The notes beneath the pieces were generated by a model, which saw nothing but the letters and a program-made list of their open reading frames with translations, did no database searches and had not been told where the DNA came from. From Paraspadella gotoi (lineage: Eukaryota; Animalia; Chaetognatha), in assembly GCA_051294375.1 (NCBI GenBank), contig CM119265.1, positions 16,714,126-16,778,125 of the forward strand: 64,000 bases of DNA. The letters are read 5' to 3'. This document shows positions 12,888 through 25,627 of the stretch, piece by piece. How positions within the stretch are numbered: the first letter of the stretch is position 1; every line of letters begins with the position of its first letter. A program made the position numbers and the translations under genes.

Positions 12888-14715
12888 TCATTCGCAATAA
12901 TTGGACTTAATAGGGACGATATTTTGAGATACATCCCGATAATGCAAACTATTTCGTAACGCTTGCGCGGCGTGGTTCAACTGCATAGCAGCATCCGGAT
13001 GAGCATTTTGGTGCTGTAGAAGGGCACATTCTCGTTCAAGCATGTTGCCTACACCTTCTAAGAGTTCCAGGAATCCGAAAGACAGCGCTGCCCGACGTAG
13101 TCGGTTTAATTCTTTATAAAAATTTTGTAATTTATCGGGCAACTTTCTGGCGTGCCGGAGAATTTTCTGAATGTCCGTCTGGAGGCGGTCAGGTTTGATC
13201 CAGACGACACAGTTTTGAGAGTAGCTCCTCTTCTCCTGGACTTGAACGGGAAAGGGCGATTTGTCCTCGTCTTCGCCGTAAGGATTCTTATCCAGAAAAT
13301 CGGCTGCGGGAACAAGTTTGTCGAGGTCTCCGAGCCAGGGCAGAGTGTGCGTTCCGGGTTCCAGGAGAGAAATCATAAGATTGGACTTTTTTTTGCTGTT
13401 GGCCCAAGAGTAAATCATGCCGTACCACTCGTCACCGGCGATGACCAGGGCCACTTTATTCTCACGACGAAGACTCCCGTGCAACAGGACGGTAAAGGAG
13501 GGAGTCTTGGCTTCTGCTTCGACCTGGTCTGGGGTTAAGGCAACGGCGATCGAGACGCTATCGTTTTCTTTTCCCGGGGATGCGGCGCCGGACGAGGAGG
13601 AAGCGGCCTCGGTTTTTTGTGGAATCGGAAGGATGAGGTGCCTGATTGGAATTGGAACAGTCAGGTGATGCGTTTAAATGCGAACTAATTTATTTCACCG
13701 GCAGATACCTAGACACGCTCGGCGGACTCGCGATGTCTCCAGTGTTAACGAATCCGATGATGTCCAGAACAGATGAAACGTCCTTCCTCGTCTTTTTGAA
13801 ATCAAATTGTTTTTCAAATGTCAGAGGCGGAGGATAAAGTTGTATCTTGGCAACGAGGTGACCACATTTAAGAGTTCCATAGAAGGGGGAGAAATATTTG
13901 TCCGCGAGCTTAAGAACGGTCTGTTGGACGACCTTAGCATTCAGTGTCGGCGAATCTGGTCTGAAAACGCTTCCCTGACCACCATTCATTTCGATCAACT
14001 TCTCGAATAGCGGAACAGTTTTGTCTAAGTAGGATTCTTTTTTAGGTGTCAGCAACACAAAGTGTAGCTTGGATGAAAACGGTAAGGGTAGAGGAGATCT
14101 GATGTGTACACCGGGGAATAAAATTAAGGCTGGTTTAATTTTAAAAGAATTTGTTCATTAACTTGCCTGTTTTGATGAGAAGCTCCATCAGGATTGTAAA
14201 ACGCTGAATTTCCTGTTTTTATCCACTTTTCAATAAGACTCGGTAGCGAGGAGGATCCTATGCCAGGTCCTCCGTCGGTAAAAACAATTACCTTGATTTT
14301 TATTTCATTTTTATTTCATTTTATTTGGTAAATTCAACCCATCCAAATTTTCTTAAACTACCTGAACGGGCGTGCCCGAATCCCAGTCGTCGGTGACCGA
14401 TGCAGCCGCTCCGATCAGCCCTGCCTCCAAGCACGTCTTGTCCGCGACGACGCAGCCTTTGAGTTTGTCGCGGATGAGACCGTAGTCACGCGTGAATGTT
14501 ACTAGGGACTCCCACAAGGACGAAAACTGAAGCAGTGAGACGTACTCTAACTTGCAGTTCGTTGTTAAATAGTCGAGGAGTGTGTTGACGCCGGTCACGG
14601 CGAGCGAGAGCACATTGGAGCGAGACATTGCGTGAGGCGACGCCGGATCGGCGGATGTGTCGCGCCACCCCCGCGCCATAGACAGTGAAACGTCTAGCAG
14701 GATCAACGTCGGCAT
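12888..14715 (-). CDS. INTS14: Integrator complex subunit 14 (VWA9), 4 exons
   Basis: MPTLILLDVSLSMAR, KLEYVSLLQFSSLWE..FTRDY, VFTDGGPG, DIASPPSVSRHL, LLHGSLR, WYGMIYSWANSKKKSNL, KRSYSQNCVVWIKP..TDIQKILRHARKLPDK, HPDAAMQL. Confidence 0.94.
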
Positions 14716-15583
14716 GTTCGTAATTCTATCAGGAAACAGAGCGAGTAAAAAAAAATTACAGAAATAGTTGGATTGTCTCCAGAGGACGCCGATAACGGAA
14801 TATTTCGAATCATTTCATGAAACGTAAATTCATAGTTTTCAGAATCTAAAGATCAAATAAATAAATTGCAATCAGATTTTTTATTTAAAGTCGGTTCTCA
14901 AGGATGGAATGTGAATATATCTTAACATAATAGATAACACGAAAAGGCTTTTTGAGGTTGTGTAAGAACGGATATAATTATAAAAACTACGATAGCTTTA
15001 ACGACTTTTTTGCCAACCCGTACAACATATTGTAACAATACTAGGAGGGTAACACTGACCTGAACTAACGAAACAAAGAATTTAAAAATAATGTAATAAT
15101 CTAATTTAGAGTTAGCCGTTTGGCTTTTGAAAAAAAAAATACGCCTACTGTTAGTTCTATTCTAATTGTTTGACTAGTTTTGGATGTAAAAATAAACGGT
15201 TTTCTCACGAAATCACAGAGGGTACGAGGACGGCAGGAAAGGCAGAATTCCGAAAAAAACTTAAGAAAAGGCAAAGTGTTTTCTATGAAAAATCAAAATA
15301 TAAAAAACATGGAACGTAAAAAACGGATAAAATTCCCGATGAAACCGCTATCGCAACATTAAAAAAAATCTAATTTATCTTCTCTTTTTATATTCATCAA
15401 ACTTTCATTAATAATCAAATTGTTTTAAAAAAAATCACCAAAGTAAGGATAACAAATTGCATAATTTTTTCTTCTTAACGATATAAAAATAGAAAGCAAC
15501 ATGAAATAAAGTTTCTTCTTCCCTTTTGATCAGTGACAATTATTTCTTTCTTTAAAAAAGCGCGTGAAGAATGAAGTAGAAAT

Positions 15584-18500
15584 TCAACGAACAAAAACGT
15601 CGTCGTAGTGATCCAAAAGCAACAATGTGAAGTTATTAATATGTTGCATAGCCGATAAATTCGCCGGTGCGCCTGTCAAGAGTCAACTTATGGATAACAA
15701 AAAGTTAAAACCTTGGCACTTTCGTTTTCGTCGTGATTAAATGAGACAACATTCTAAAATATTACCCAATGACTGAAAATTATATATACATTATAAGAAT
15801 AGAATTTAAAAAGTAAACAAAACGAAAAAAATGTTAGCTATGTATTAAAAAAGATATGAAAATACTAAAAATCAAAATATATATAGAAAAAAAAAATAGT
15901 TTAAATATTTACTGATCAGAAATAGTCGAGACAACCTTACCTTGAGGCCATAGTAAATTGGGTCCAAAAACTATGGACAAGTTAGAAGACGTCATTTTGT
16001 TAATGTGTGACTGCGCGACAACTTCAACTAAAAACGTCATAATGAACTTGAGGACCTGGTAGTTCTCTTCTGGCAGACGAGTTGTGATTAGTTGGCTCGC
16101 GACCTTATATTTAAAGACGGATCTTTCATCAGTCGAGTAAAAACAGAATATTAACTTGCTCTTTACTTTGGTGCAAATATGATTGTAAACTCGGAATAAA
16201 ACAAATTAAACAAACCTTCACTCGGACGTCCCTGTCCATGTCCCAGAGGGAGAGGATGTGATTGTAAAGTTCGAAGGTGAGCAGGGGTTCAGGAAGTTCC
16301 CTCAAAAAGGTTTTCAGAATCACGGCGGGAATGTGCACGTCACCATAGGCAGTGAAGTCCACGGTCTCCCCTTGGTCGAAACGCGCTTGGACCTCTTTCA
16401 CGTCCTTGGCGTTTGCGGATCGTCTAACGAAAGAAAAATTGAAAATATGATGATGCTGTGGCGGTATATTCACACCACCTCACGTCCACCATCCGTCAGC
16501 CAAATCCATTGGCTCAGATGCTTAGTCTATTACAGTGGTATTTACAAAGGTCAACGTTTTGACCACAAATAAACTGGGGGAAACGAGCGGGGTCAGGTTG
16601 TTATGGTCAAGTGGTTTGACCGAGGTTGCATGTTCTTCATGTTCGTCCACACATCCCCCCACCAAGCCTTTGACCGGGTGGGGAGAAGGCTTGAGAGAAG
16701 TTATTGAGCTGCGTCGTTGTTTTCTTCGTCATCTTCCGGCGGTTGAAGCATTGTCGGAAGGACGTTAAACAGATCGGGAATGGATGATGATTGTCGACGA
16801 GCAACTTGGGGCATCATGGATGACGCGAGAGGCGCCGCTTCCGTTTCCGGAGGCGGTGCGACTTCGTCGTTGACGGTTGGAGCCGCTACTGAAGCGCGAC
16901 GCGGGCGACCTCGTGGGCGTGCCCGCGGTGGTTCAGGAGGAGCGGCTTCGTCGGTGACGGCAGGTTTAATCTTGTTTAATCTTTTACCTCCTAGGGTAAC
17001 CGCGCCAGTGACTGGAGGCGTCACTGAGGGTCGGAAGCCCCCAAAGCCAACAGTGAGATGCCCCATCCCAATGGGCATCACAGGCAACCCGGCTGTTGCC
17101 ATAAGTGGTGAGCCCTACTATCGAACACGCAACCTTTTCAGGGTACGCTACGACAAACGCCTATGCCCCTGGGGTACGCTACGCCTATGCCCCCACAACT
17201 CGCGCTCTCTCTCTCCCACTATGGTAGCAGTCTTGTCAGACACCTCTCAGGCTTGAGGAACCTGAGTGATGTCTTGGCCCGGGGATCCTGTGGCGGTATA
17301 TTCACACCACCTCACGTCCACCATCCGTCAGCCAAATCCATTGGCTCAGAGGGGGAACACACCATCCCAGGCGTAGTTTTCCTTCCACAGTCCTAACGAC
17401 TTCCCTCTGCGTTGGCAAAGCGAGACCGTCCTAGGGTAACCGCGCCAGTGACTGGAGGCGTCACTGAGGGTCGGAAGCCCCCAAAGCCAACAGTGAGATG
17501 CCCATCCCAATGGGCATCACAGGCAACCCGGCTGTTGCCCTAATGCGATCTTTCAATGAAAAATTTTAACGACATAAAACCTGAATATTCCCTCGCAGTC
17601 GAGAGCGTGGCACTGAAGGTAAGAGATGGTCTGCTGGACGACGGGTGGTACTGCTTCCCCCTGGTGCTCGCGCAAAAATTTGAGCGAGACGCGGAACTGC
17701 TGCGAGTCCAAGGGGGCGAGGAATGTCGCGGTCGTTCGAGCAGGGACCACTGAGGTAATAAAGTTGTACGTAGACGTAGAGTAAAACTCCCCCAAAATGA
17801 ATAACAGATATCCAACCTGGTCTGTATCGTTGTACTAATGCTCGGTCATAATCGAGAACCTCCTTGGGAATGACTAGTTGGTCGAAATGCAGATGCTCGT
17901 TCAATTCGTGAAGGTAATTCATGTAGATGATCTTAAATCATAACGTAAAAGAACTTTCAAAAAAGGCCAATGTAAAATCAAATATTTATTCTATTCAGTA
18001 TTCTGTGATTCCATTCTGATGACTAAGAAAATTTTTTAATCCCAAAAATTCCCTCAAACTAACTTTTCTCCCAAATTTGGCCGAAATGAGGGGACGGAAT
18101 AAGGTGAGCACAACTTTGACGAAATTAGAGGGATGCACGATCATGAGCTGCTTCAAGTTCTTTTTGTACTTTCGATCTGAAGCGTAAAGCAAAGCGAGAT
18201 ATCATCGTAAACATAAAGACACAGAACCCCTAGAATCAACAAAATCAACTCGCCTAGATCGTAATAAAGATCCTTGAGCAATGACAAAGGCGGCTTGTTA
18301 TGGCTCCTCATTCCGAAATGAAAGTAAACGATGATGTAATCGTTGATGACGTAATGGTCTAACGTGGCCTTCAAATAGCGGAGCAATTTCCGGTGGTCGA
18401 GAAGCTTGTTTGACGGCAACTTGCAGGCAGAGAAGGTGATGACCTTCCGCCCAAACTTGTCGTCGCCCGCGACCTCAAAGATGCTGAAGCGCGATATGTC

Positions 18501-19909
18501 GTCGTAATTCTCGGTTTGCGGTTCCATCGCCGCGTCGCTCTCGAACTCTAAGCGTCCTATTGAATTTATAAAATTAAAGCTCTAAATACAAAACGGTGAA
18601 AAACAAATGCTGGCGTGAAAAAACGCACCCGGAGTCGCCAGCGCGGATTCAAAATCTTCCTCGGCCAGGTAATCGGGTAGTGATTCACCGCTTTCTGAAG
18701 CCCCGAAGCCCAAATCGGAGGAGCCAGCCCCCAAGTCACCTTGCACGAATCCTCCCCCAGTATCTTCCATCGAGGCTAAATGATGTCAAGAATGAAAAAA
18801 ACATTTTCAAAATATATATACCTTCAAATAAACAGAGCGTGCGGAAAAGAGAAAGCATGAATGTGTGAAACACACTTACCTGAATTTTCGAAATTTTCAA
18901 AGACCGTGTTAGGACATTATCAAACGAAAAAGGTACAACACTGATTTGCTACACTGCACAAGGCACAACTCATTAATTTAGCATCCGAATTCCGGCTTAA
19001 ATCGGAAATGATCAAAATACAAGACTCCTCTTTTTCGAAATATCGAAATGGATAGCGAAGTTCAGATAATTCATATATTCATACAAAAATCATTTTGCTT
19101 ACGTTTAAAAGTAAGGTAGACTTATTTTAATTTTAACTTTAAAATTTGAAATAAAATTATTTGAAAAAATGAAACCATTTCCTCTGGTAAAGGTGATAGC
19201 GTTTACAGTTTGAAAATTTCCTCTCATCAATGTGCAACTGATGTGACAAGAAAACGTGCGAGGTGGGATAAATCATTTCTATTAAAAAAGACCTGATAAA
19301 TCTAGATCAGTGACATCGAATTCGAGTTGAGGCTCATGATCAAATTGTGAGAAGAAAATGGCCTCTTCCGGAGTTCCCTCATGATAGTTGTTGAATTCCA
19401 TGGAGGCGTTACGATCGTTCCAATCTAATTTCTTTCCATAATTTTCCTCATTGGCTCCATCACCATCATAGGTTGCATTCTAGCAAAATTGAATTATTGA
19501 AATGAAAAAAAAATTATATCCATATTCATCTGATTCCCACAAATATCAGAAATATAAAACTCCTAGTTAGAAGACTCTCCCGCCATTTGCGCTGGAATTA
19601 TTAAGGTACGGGATCGAATACACATGTACAAAGTCCAAACACTAAATTCCGGCCTGGGGCCCAGGAACACTTGTTATTAAAGTGACGCATCGGTGCCGGT
19701 AAACGCATCCTACAGTCAGATCCGAGATCCCCAGAGCATGGCAAACTGACGGAAAAGTTTTCTGGGACACAACAAGACACCCCATCTAGTGACGCTCTCT
19801 TCACTATCACATTATTGAATCAAAAAACCACCTGATCTTCGTTTCCACTGGTACTGAATAGGTTGTTGTGACTGTCGTTTCTCAGCGGCGGATTCATTTT
19901 ATTATTCAT
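15584..19909 (-). CDS. ARHGAP1: BCH/Sec14 + RhoGAP protein (ARHGAP1/Cdc42GAP, RhoGAP68F-like); long form from ATG 19909, possible short form from ATG 18770
   Basis: [84 protein letters not shown]; stop TGA at 15584. Upstream exons 19909-19832 and 19479-19293 ([14 protein letters not shown], resembling an insect RhoGAP68F N-terminal motif) join 18775 in the correct phases. Confidence 0.9.
16519..16988 (-). mobile_element. Foreign 470-bp segment replacing the middle of the TRIM 5' LTR; resembles the 3' end of another LTR retrotransposon in reverse orientation
   Basis: Absent from the 3' LTR. Minus strand reads ..[21 protein letters not shown]..-stop (16701), then purine tract GGTGGGGGGA (16663-16654), then TGTGTGG (16653), i.e. 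pol tail-PPT-LTR start order. Family assignment is inference. Confidence 0.5.
16989..17051 (+). ncRNA. 3' portion of the same twister in the 5' LTR (lacks the P5/P2/GA/T1 5' strand)
   Basis: Identical to 17429-17491, including T^AA at 16997-16999, but the upstream strand is replaced by the foreign segment. Confidence 0.75.
17411..17491 (+). ncRNA. Twister self-cleaving ribozyme, type P5 permutation, within the 3' LTR
   Basis: P5 GTTGGC(17411)/GCCAAC(17486); P2 GCG(A)/(C)CGC; conserved GA 17424-25; T1 CCG(17426)/CGG(17472); T^AA 17437-39; T2 GC(17444)/GC(17477); P3 CAGTGAC/GTCACTG; P4 GGG-T-CGG-AAGC-CCC. One A.C mismatch in P2; P1 vestigial. Confidence 0.85.
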
Positions 19910-20387
19910 GTTAAAATACAGGAGGTATTAAGAGAGCACCAAGGACAGGTGCTCGAGGGCGGTAGGAAAGCAGGGGTAGTGACAATATAAATCATTCGAA
20001 AACCGCATGCAAAAAAATCTACGGAAGCTCGCAAACACGAATGAATCGAATGATGAACGTAACTCATCTACAGAATTTTACATATTTATCCAGGTTTAAG
20101 AAAAAAGAGAAAAACTATGACAAAGTTTGTCTTGGTCATTTAAAGTCAAGCTTATTTCATCATTCGAACCCTTCTTCGGTGGCTTCATCTACTCTACTGG
20201 AATTCCGAGAAAAAAGGGAGACTTGATGACGTCACGAAAACAAGGGCTTACGGTAGAGAATTAGTTCCTCGGTTTGTTCATGGGTTTTTGACGTTAGGGG
20301 TGAAAAAAAAACACCTACATAAAAAACCTGTTAAAACAAAACACAATATCTTCAAAATTGACAAAGACATAACAGGATGTCAGGAAG

Positions 20388-22225
20388 TTATAACACAGTT
20401 GACAAATAGTTTAAATAACCAGGGGATCTGTTCGTCACAAAATCAAGTTCCATGATGCCCTGTTCGGTTTTGACCGCTTCCAACTGGATGATTCTCTTAT
20501 CGATGTAAAATTCGACGGCGCTAAGAAACTCAGCTCGGTCAAAGTAAGGCACTCGTAAAGGATAGAAGGGTTCGACGGCGGCGAACCCTTCGCCACCGAG
20601 AATCTCGGGTGGACTGACGCATTTCCTGTCGAATGGTTTCTTCGTCCTGTTCATGATCCAAGGATCCTCAACAACGTCGGCGTCGACTGAGGCGACAACG
20701 GCACCGCCGCTCCAATCAGAACGAAGCATCTTCTTAAAATTGTGGACTAACGACACGGTATCAGGAGGGACGAATACTTTGGGACTTTGGTCTGGACGAG
20801 GCAACGTCGTCGGAGTCCAAAACAGGTTGATTCCGTCGAGGGAAACGAGGATGTTCGTGGGCTGGGGGAGGACGCGGCGAGTTCTTCGCTTAGAGCATGA
20901 TAACAACTCGCGAGGAATATTAAAATGATAGCATTACCCGGGAACAGTGGGTGGAAAGAAGTCGCAATTCTCTCAAGATCGCTCCAATGCAATCCGAAGA
21001 ATAACGAACCCTGTCGAGCCCAAAATCTATCAATGCGTTCAAATGTGATCCTATTAAAAAAAAAAAAACTTATGAGGCATCCTGATATCGGAAAACAGAG
21101 CGCTACAGCTTAATATTTGAAGCTACAAATTTTTATATTTAAACGCAGCGAAATTGTATCGTTTCGGTCGATTAAAAACGAAGTAAGAATTATCTTTCTG
21201 ATCATCACCTTCGGGCGTCTCTTCTCGCATCGTCCACTTGTAAGTTTTTGTGGTGACGAGATCCTTCCTCGTCGCTAAAATGACGGCGTTTTGAACACGA
21301 AAGTTTCTCAACCAATCGGCGCCCACATAAGGGAGGTCGATACGGCGGTCGTTCCATGAAGAGATTTCTGTCTGTTTGTCCCTCTGATAATTATAAAACC
21401 ATTCAAGAGGCCAAGGCATTTGGACAATAATCCAACCTATCGCGAATTAATTCAAATTTAAGTTTTCCTTTAACTTTTTAAGTAATACGATTACATTTAT
21501 TCTATTAAAAAATGGTGTTCGGTAGAAATCTAAATAATCAGGTACTATGTATTATTTTATTCGTGATTTCAAAGGTAATTGAAGATAGGATTAATCATTA
21601 AAGATAGCTATTACCTATGCTTTACTATTGCAGCTTTCTATCCATATTAACATTGTTATTTATTTCAGAATACAAATTTAGACGGAGCTTTCCAAAAAGA
21701 AAAATTAAAGGGGTTTTGGGTATTAAAACAAATCCAATTTCAACACTACTAGCCTTTAGATGACGCGTAGTGAATTACGCTGTTGAGCGTCATCGTCTTT
21801 CCGGCACCGGGGCTTCCGTAGATCAAGTACCTTCTAGCAGGCTGCTCATAATCAGCCCGAGTCAAACAATCTCGCAATTCCAGGAATGGTCGACGCACCA
21901 TAAAAGCAGCCTCGTTGACCGCATTTATTTGTTTTTGGAATTTAAGGTCGAGGCCATACTGAAATATTTGGTTGTACTTGTCCATAGGAATTGTGTAAAA
22001 CAGTCCGATGTCGGTTTCGTTAAATTCGGCAGGGTCTCTTTTCGAAGTTCGAAAAACGACCGACTTCCTGGGAAGATTAAGGATTTCCGACTCCCGAGCA
22101 TTTTGACGAGAAGCAAATAACGAACTGGATAGGCTCAGGTATCGACTGATCACGTTCAATTTGGAGATTCGAACAATGTTTTCTGCGAACACCGGAACTA
22201 GTGAAAATGTCATTCTTACTGCCAT
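20388..22225 (-). CDS. DAP3: Mitochondrial small-subunit ribosomal protein mS29 (DAP3), 4 exons
   Basis: AFMVRRPFLELRD, RYLIYGSPGAGKTMTL (P-loop), GWIIVQMP, WLRNFR, YKWTMREETPEG, LVSLDGIN, KKMLRSDWSGGAVV, LGGEGF..PFYP. Confidence 0.93.
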
Positions 22226-22360
22226 ATTCTGCAAAATTGAGAAAGGAAGCTTCTGATCGAAACAAAATTCTTTTTTAATCTGAACGAAAAAAAAATTTAA
22301 ACGAAAAACACGGGATAGCTGCTCTTCTGATCAGTTATGAGAATTCATCGATCGCCTGGT

Positions 22361-22867
<507 letters not shown>

Positions 22868-22887
22868 TTACTAACCAAAGGATTTTC

Positions 22888-22940
22888 TCTGACCGACTTA
22901 ATCTTAATCTTCAGTGAAATCAGAACAGCGGTGAGTCAGA
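22888..22940 (-). promoter_or_regulatory. Conserved non-coding stem-loop upstream of RPS20-B
   Basis: Minus-strand blocks TCTGACTCACCGCTGTTC and TAAGTCGGTCAGA are identical to those at 23644-23685; TCTGACT/GGTCAGA closes a stem. Confidence 0.7.
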
Positions 22941-23107
22941 GCCAAAACTGAAATACACTTTAAGGAGAAACGAATGGAATTTATTGAAAATAAAAACTTG
23001 AAACTTAACAAAAAGAATAGCGATTCCACAATGCTTAAAAAAAATTTTAATTTACTTTAATAACTTTGATTTGTTTTTAGAAAAAAGAATTTTGTAACGT
23101 TTTTTTT

Positions 23108-23613
<506 letters not shown>

Positions 23614-23643
23614 TGTGGAATCGGTAATTCTCGAGATACAATT

Positions 23644-23685
23644 TCTGACCGACTTATTCAAGGTTTTGAACAGCGGTGAGTCAGA
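23644..23685 (-). promoter_or_regulatory. Conserved non-coding stem-loop upstream of RPS20-A
   Basis: Same two blocks as 22888-22940, with an inner TGTTCAA-AACC-TTGAATA hairpin. Confidence 0.7.
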
Positions 23686-23772
23686 AGGTTTTTAAATAAC
23701 TGTAACAAAAAACACAATATGGCACAAACTAAGTTTCAGTCGACACGAAACGAGTAACAAAAACGGTTTTGT

Positions 23773-25498
23773 TCATCGAGTCCGAAAAATCTTCAAATTA
23801 TTGTCCGCTCCTCCGGTCAACATCAAATCATGAATGGACCAATCAACGGCGAGAATCTTATCCTCGTGTCCGCTCATGTTAAAAAGAGGGGCGTTAACGC
23901 TCCGGAGATCCCAGAGTTTGGCGACAGCGTCGTAGGAGCCGGAGAGCAAGAGATGCTCGTTGGTTGGCGACCACGATACGGAGGAGACCCATCCTGTGTG
24001 ATGAGTCAAAGAACTTTTGACGACTGCTCCCTCGGTGGATCGAGGATCGTAGATTCGCACGTGGCGATCCGTAGAACTGCCGGCTAATAAGTTGTTCAAT
24101 GGCGAGAAAGAGATGTCCGTGAAAACCTTACTTCCTACAAGTTAAAGAACATTCAGGAATTTAACAATCACTGCCACATCAAATATTCCTAAAATATAAA
24201 AATAATTACTAAAAATATTCTATTTATTTGAGTCAGTTATTAACACTAACAGACAATTACAATACTTTTCAAACTTTACAAACTGACCTTGAATGAGTCG
24301 TTCTTCCTTAGCCGTTTCGATGTCCCATATCTTTATAGTGTGGTCCCAAGAGGCTGAAGCGACCTTGGGTCCGTCCATCCACTGGAGGCCCGAAACGCCC
24401 TCGTTGTGAGCGGTCAGGGTCATGAGTGGCGTTCTCGTGTGGAGCCTGGCTTTATCTTCCTTGGCGTCGACTTCGTCAATGGTCTTGGATCGCTTGAATT
24501 TCTTCTTAATTTCCTCCTCCTCTCCCGTTCCTAAGGTTTATCACTTAATTTTCTTCAAACCAAAGTACAAAGAACGCCTCAATTACCTGGCTCAGGTTCC
24601 AAACTCGTGGACCAAATTTTAAGAGTTTTGTCCCAAGAACCAGAGAGGAATCTTGACTTATCACTATTGACACAGACGGCGTCTACACTGCCAGAATGAC
24701 CCCGGCATACGTGCATACGTTCTACTGACGTTTTGTTGAAATCCATTGCCCAAATGATAAGAGTCTGGTCGTGAGCACCACTAAAAAAGGTAAATGAATT
24801 GGGGGGTTAAGTTTGACTCTACTTAATACAAATCGTTACCAGCACATAGTCGTGGTATAACTAAAAATAATTGTACCTGATAAAAGAAGAAACGCCATCG
24901 TTAGTTACGTTAATCCAACCAAGGGATTTTATTGCACCGGAATGACCAGGAATAGTTAGAAGTTTTTCGCCATCCGTGTTCCACACGTTGACCGTGTTGT
25001 CGTAGCAACCACTCAAAATATACCTGACATCATCTAAGAAAATGATAACACTGTGCCGAGGAAGTGGCGTGGACGTTATTCGCCGACTCACCCCTTGTTT
25101 CCGACGACGGCGGCCACCCAATCATCGTGCACCAAACTGTCGTCCGGCTTTGGCGAGGGAAATTTCTCAACATATTCGAGTTCTATCACAGTTTCGGTGG
25201 AGAGGTTTTTGTCGACGAAGCACTGTGACAAAGGGACGCGAAGCAGCTCGCCCTCAAGAAGAAAGTCAAACTCGATGAATCGAAACTCCGCGTCTTCGCC
25301 GGAAATGGCGCTTTCCTCCTGTTCTGCGGCGAATTTTTCCTTCAAAAGACCGTTGATGAGGTTACTAAGCTCGGGAGTTTCCAGCGCGGCGGAAACGGAA
25401 AAAGGCGAATCCGAAACGGCATGCTGAGATTGCTTGGTAAAAAATTTGACTTGGACGTGTGACGCACAGACCTCATCTTTGGGAGGGTCAACTTCCAT
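23773..25498 (-). CDS. WDR12: Ribosome biogenesis protein WDR12/Ytm1 (NLE domain + WD40), 5 exons
   Basis: VQVKFFTK..FDFLLEGELLR..STETVIELEYVE..HDDWV, ILSGCYD, CRGHSGSVDAV, SGSWDKTLKIW, TRTPLMTL..H, SASWDHTI, DRHVRIYDPR..HTGWV, LWDLRS..GHEDKIL. Confidence 0.95.
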
Positions 25499-25627
25499 TG
25501 TTCAATCGGTATTGAAGCTAAATTATAGGAAATACAATGATAGGAATAAAAACAGAAAGTCGTTACAAAGTATTATAAAAATTAGCACCTTGATAAAATT
25601 AAGATGAAATAGGGTAAGATAACACAA

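Larger units (their letters stand above)
16457..17542 (+). mobile_element. Non-autonomous miniature LTR retroelement (TRIM-like) in an ARHGAP1 intron, antisense to host
   Basis: 5' LTR 16457-17103 and 3' LTR 17289-17542 share an identical 62-bp start and a ~115-bp end (1 indel, 1 substitution). Termini TGTGGC..GCC(A/C)TA. 4-bp TSD ATGC at 16453-16456 and 17543-17546. PBS-like TGGTGAGCC at 17106, 2 nt after the 5' LTR; short G-rich tract before the 3' LTR. Removing it plus one TSD leaves a typical 67-bp intron. Confidence 0.85.

Noticed and set aside
5488-13668. + strand ORFs overlapping XAB2, THOC1, POU and INTS14
   Set aside because: Antisense shadows of GC-richer coding exons with no recognisable domains.
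16456-17539. A..B..A..B repeat order read as split direct repeats of a PAT/Ngaro tyrosine-recombinase element
   Set aside because: The internal B and A are 187 bp apart rather than adjacent, and a 4-bp TSD, PBS-like site and TG-start termini fit an LTR element with an interrupted 5' LTR better.
16457-17542. Hammerhead or HDV-like ribozyme in the LTR
   Set aside because: No CTGANGA..GAAA core with helices and no HDV L3/P1.1 arrangement seen on either strand; only the twister pattern fits.
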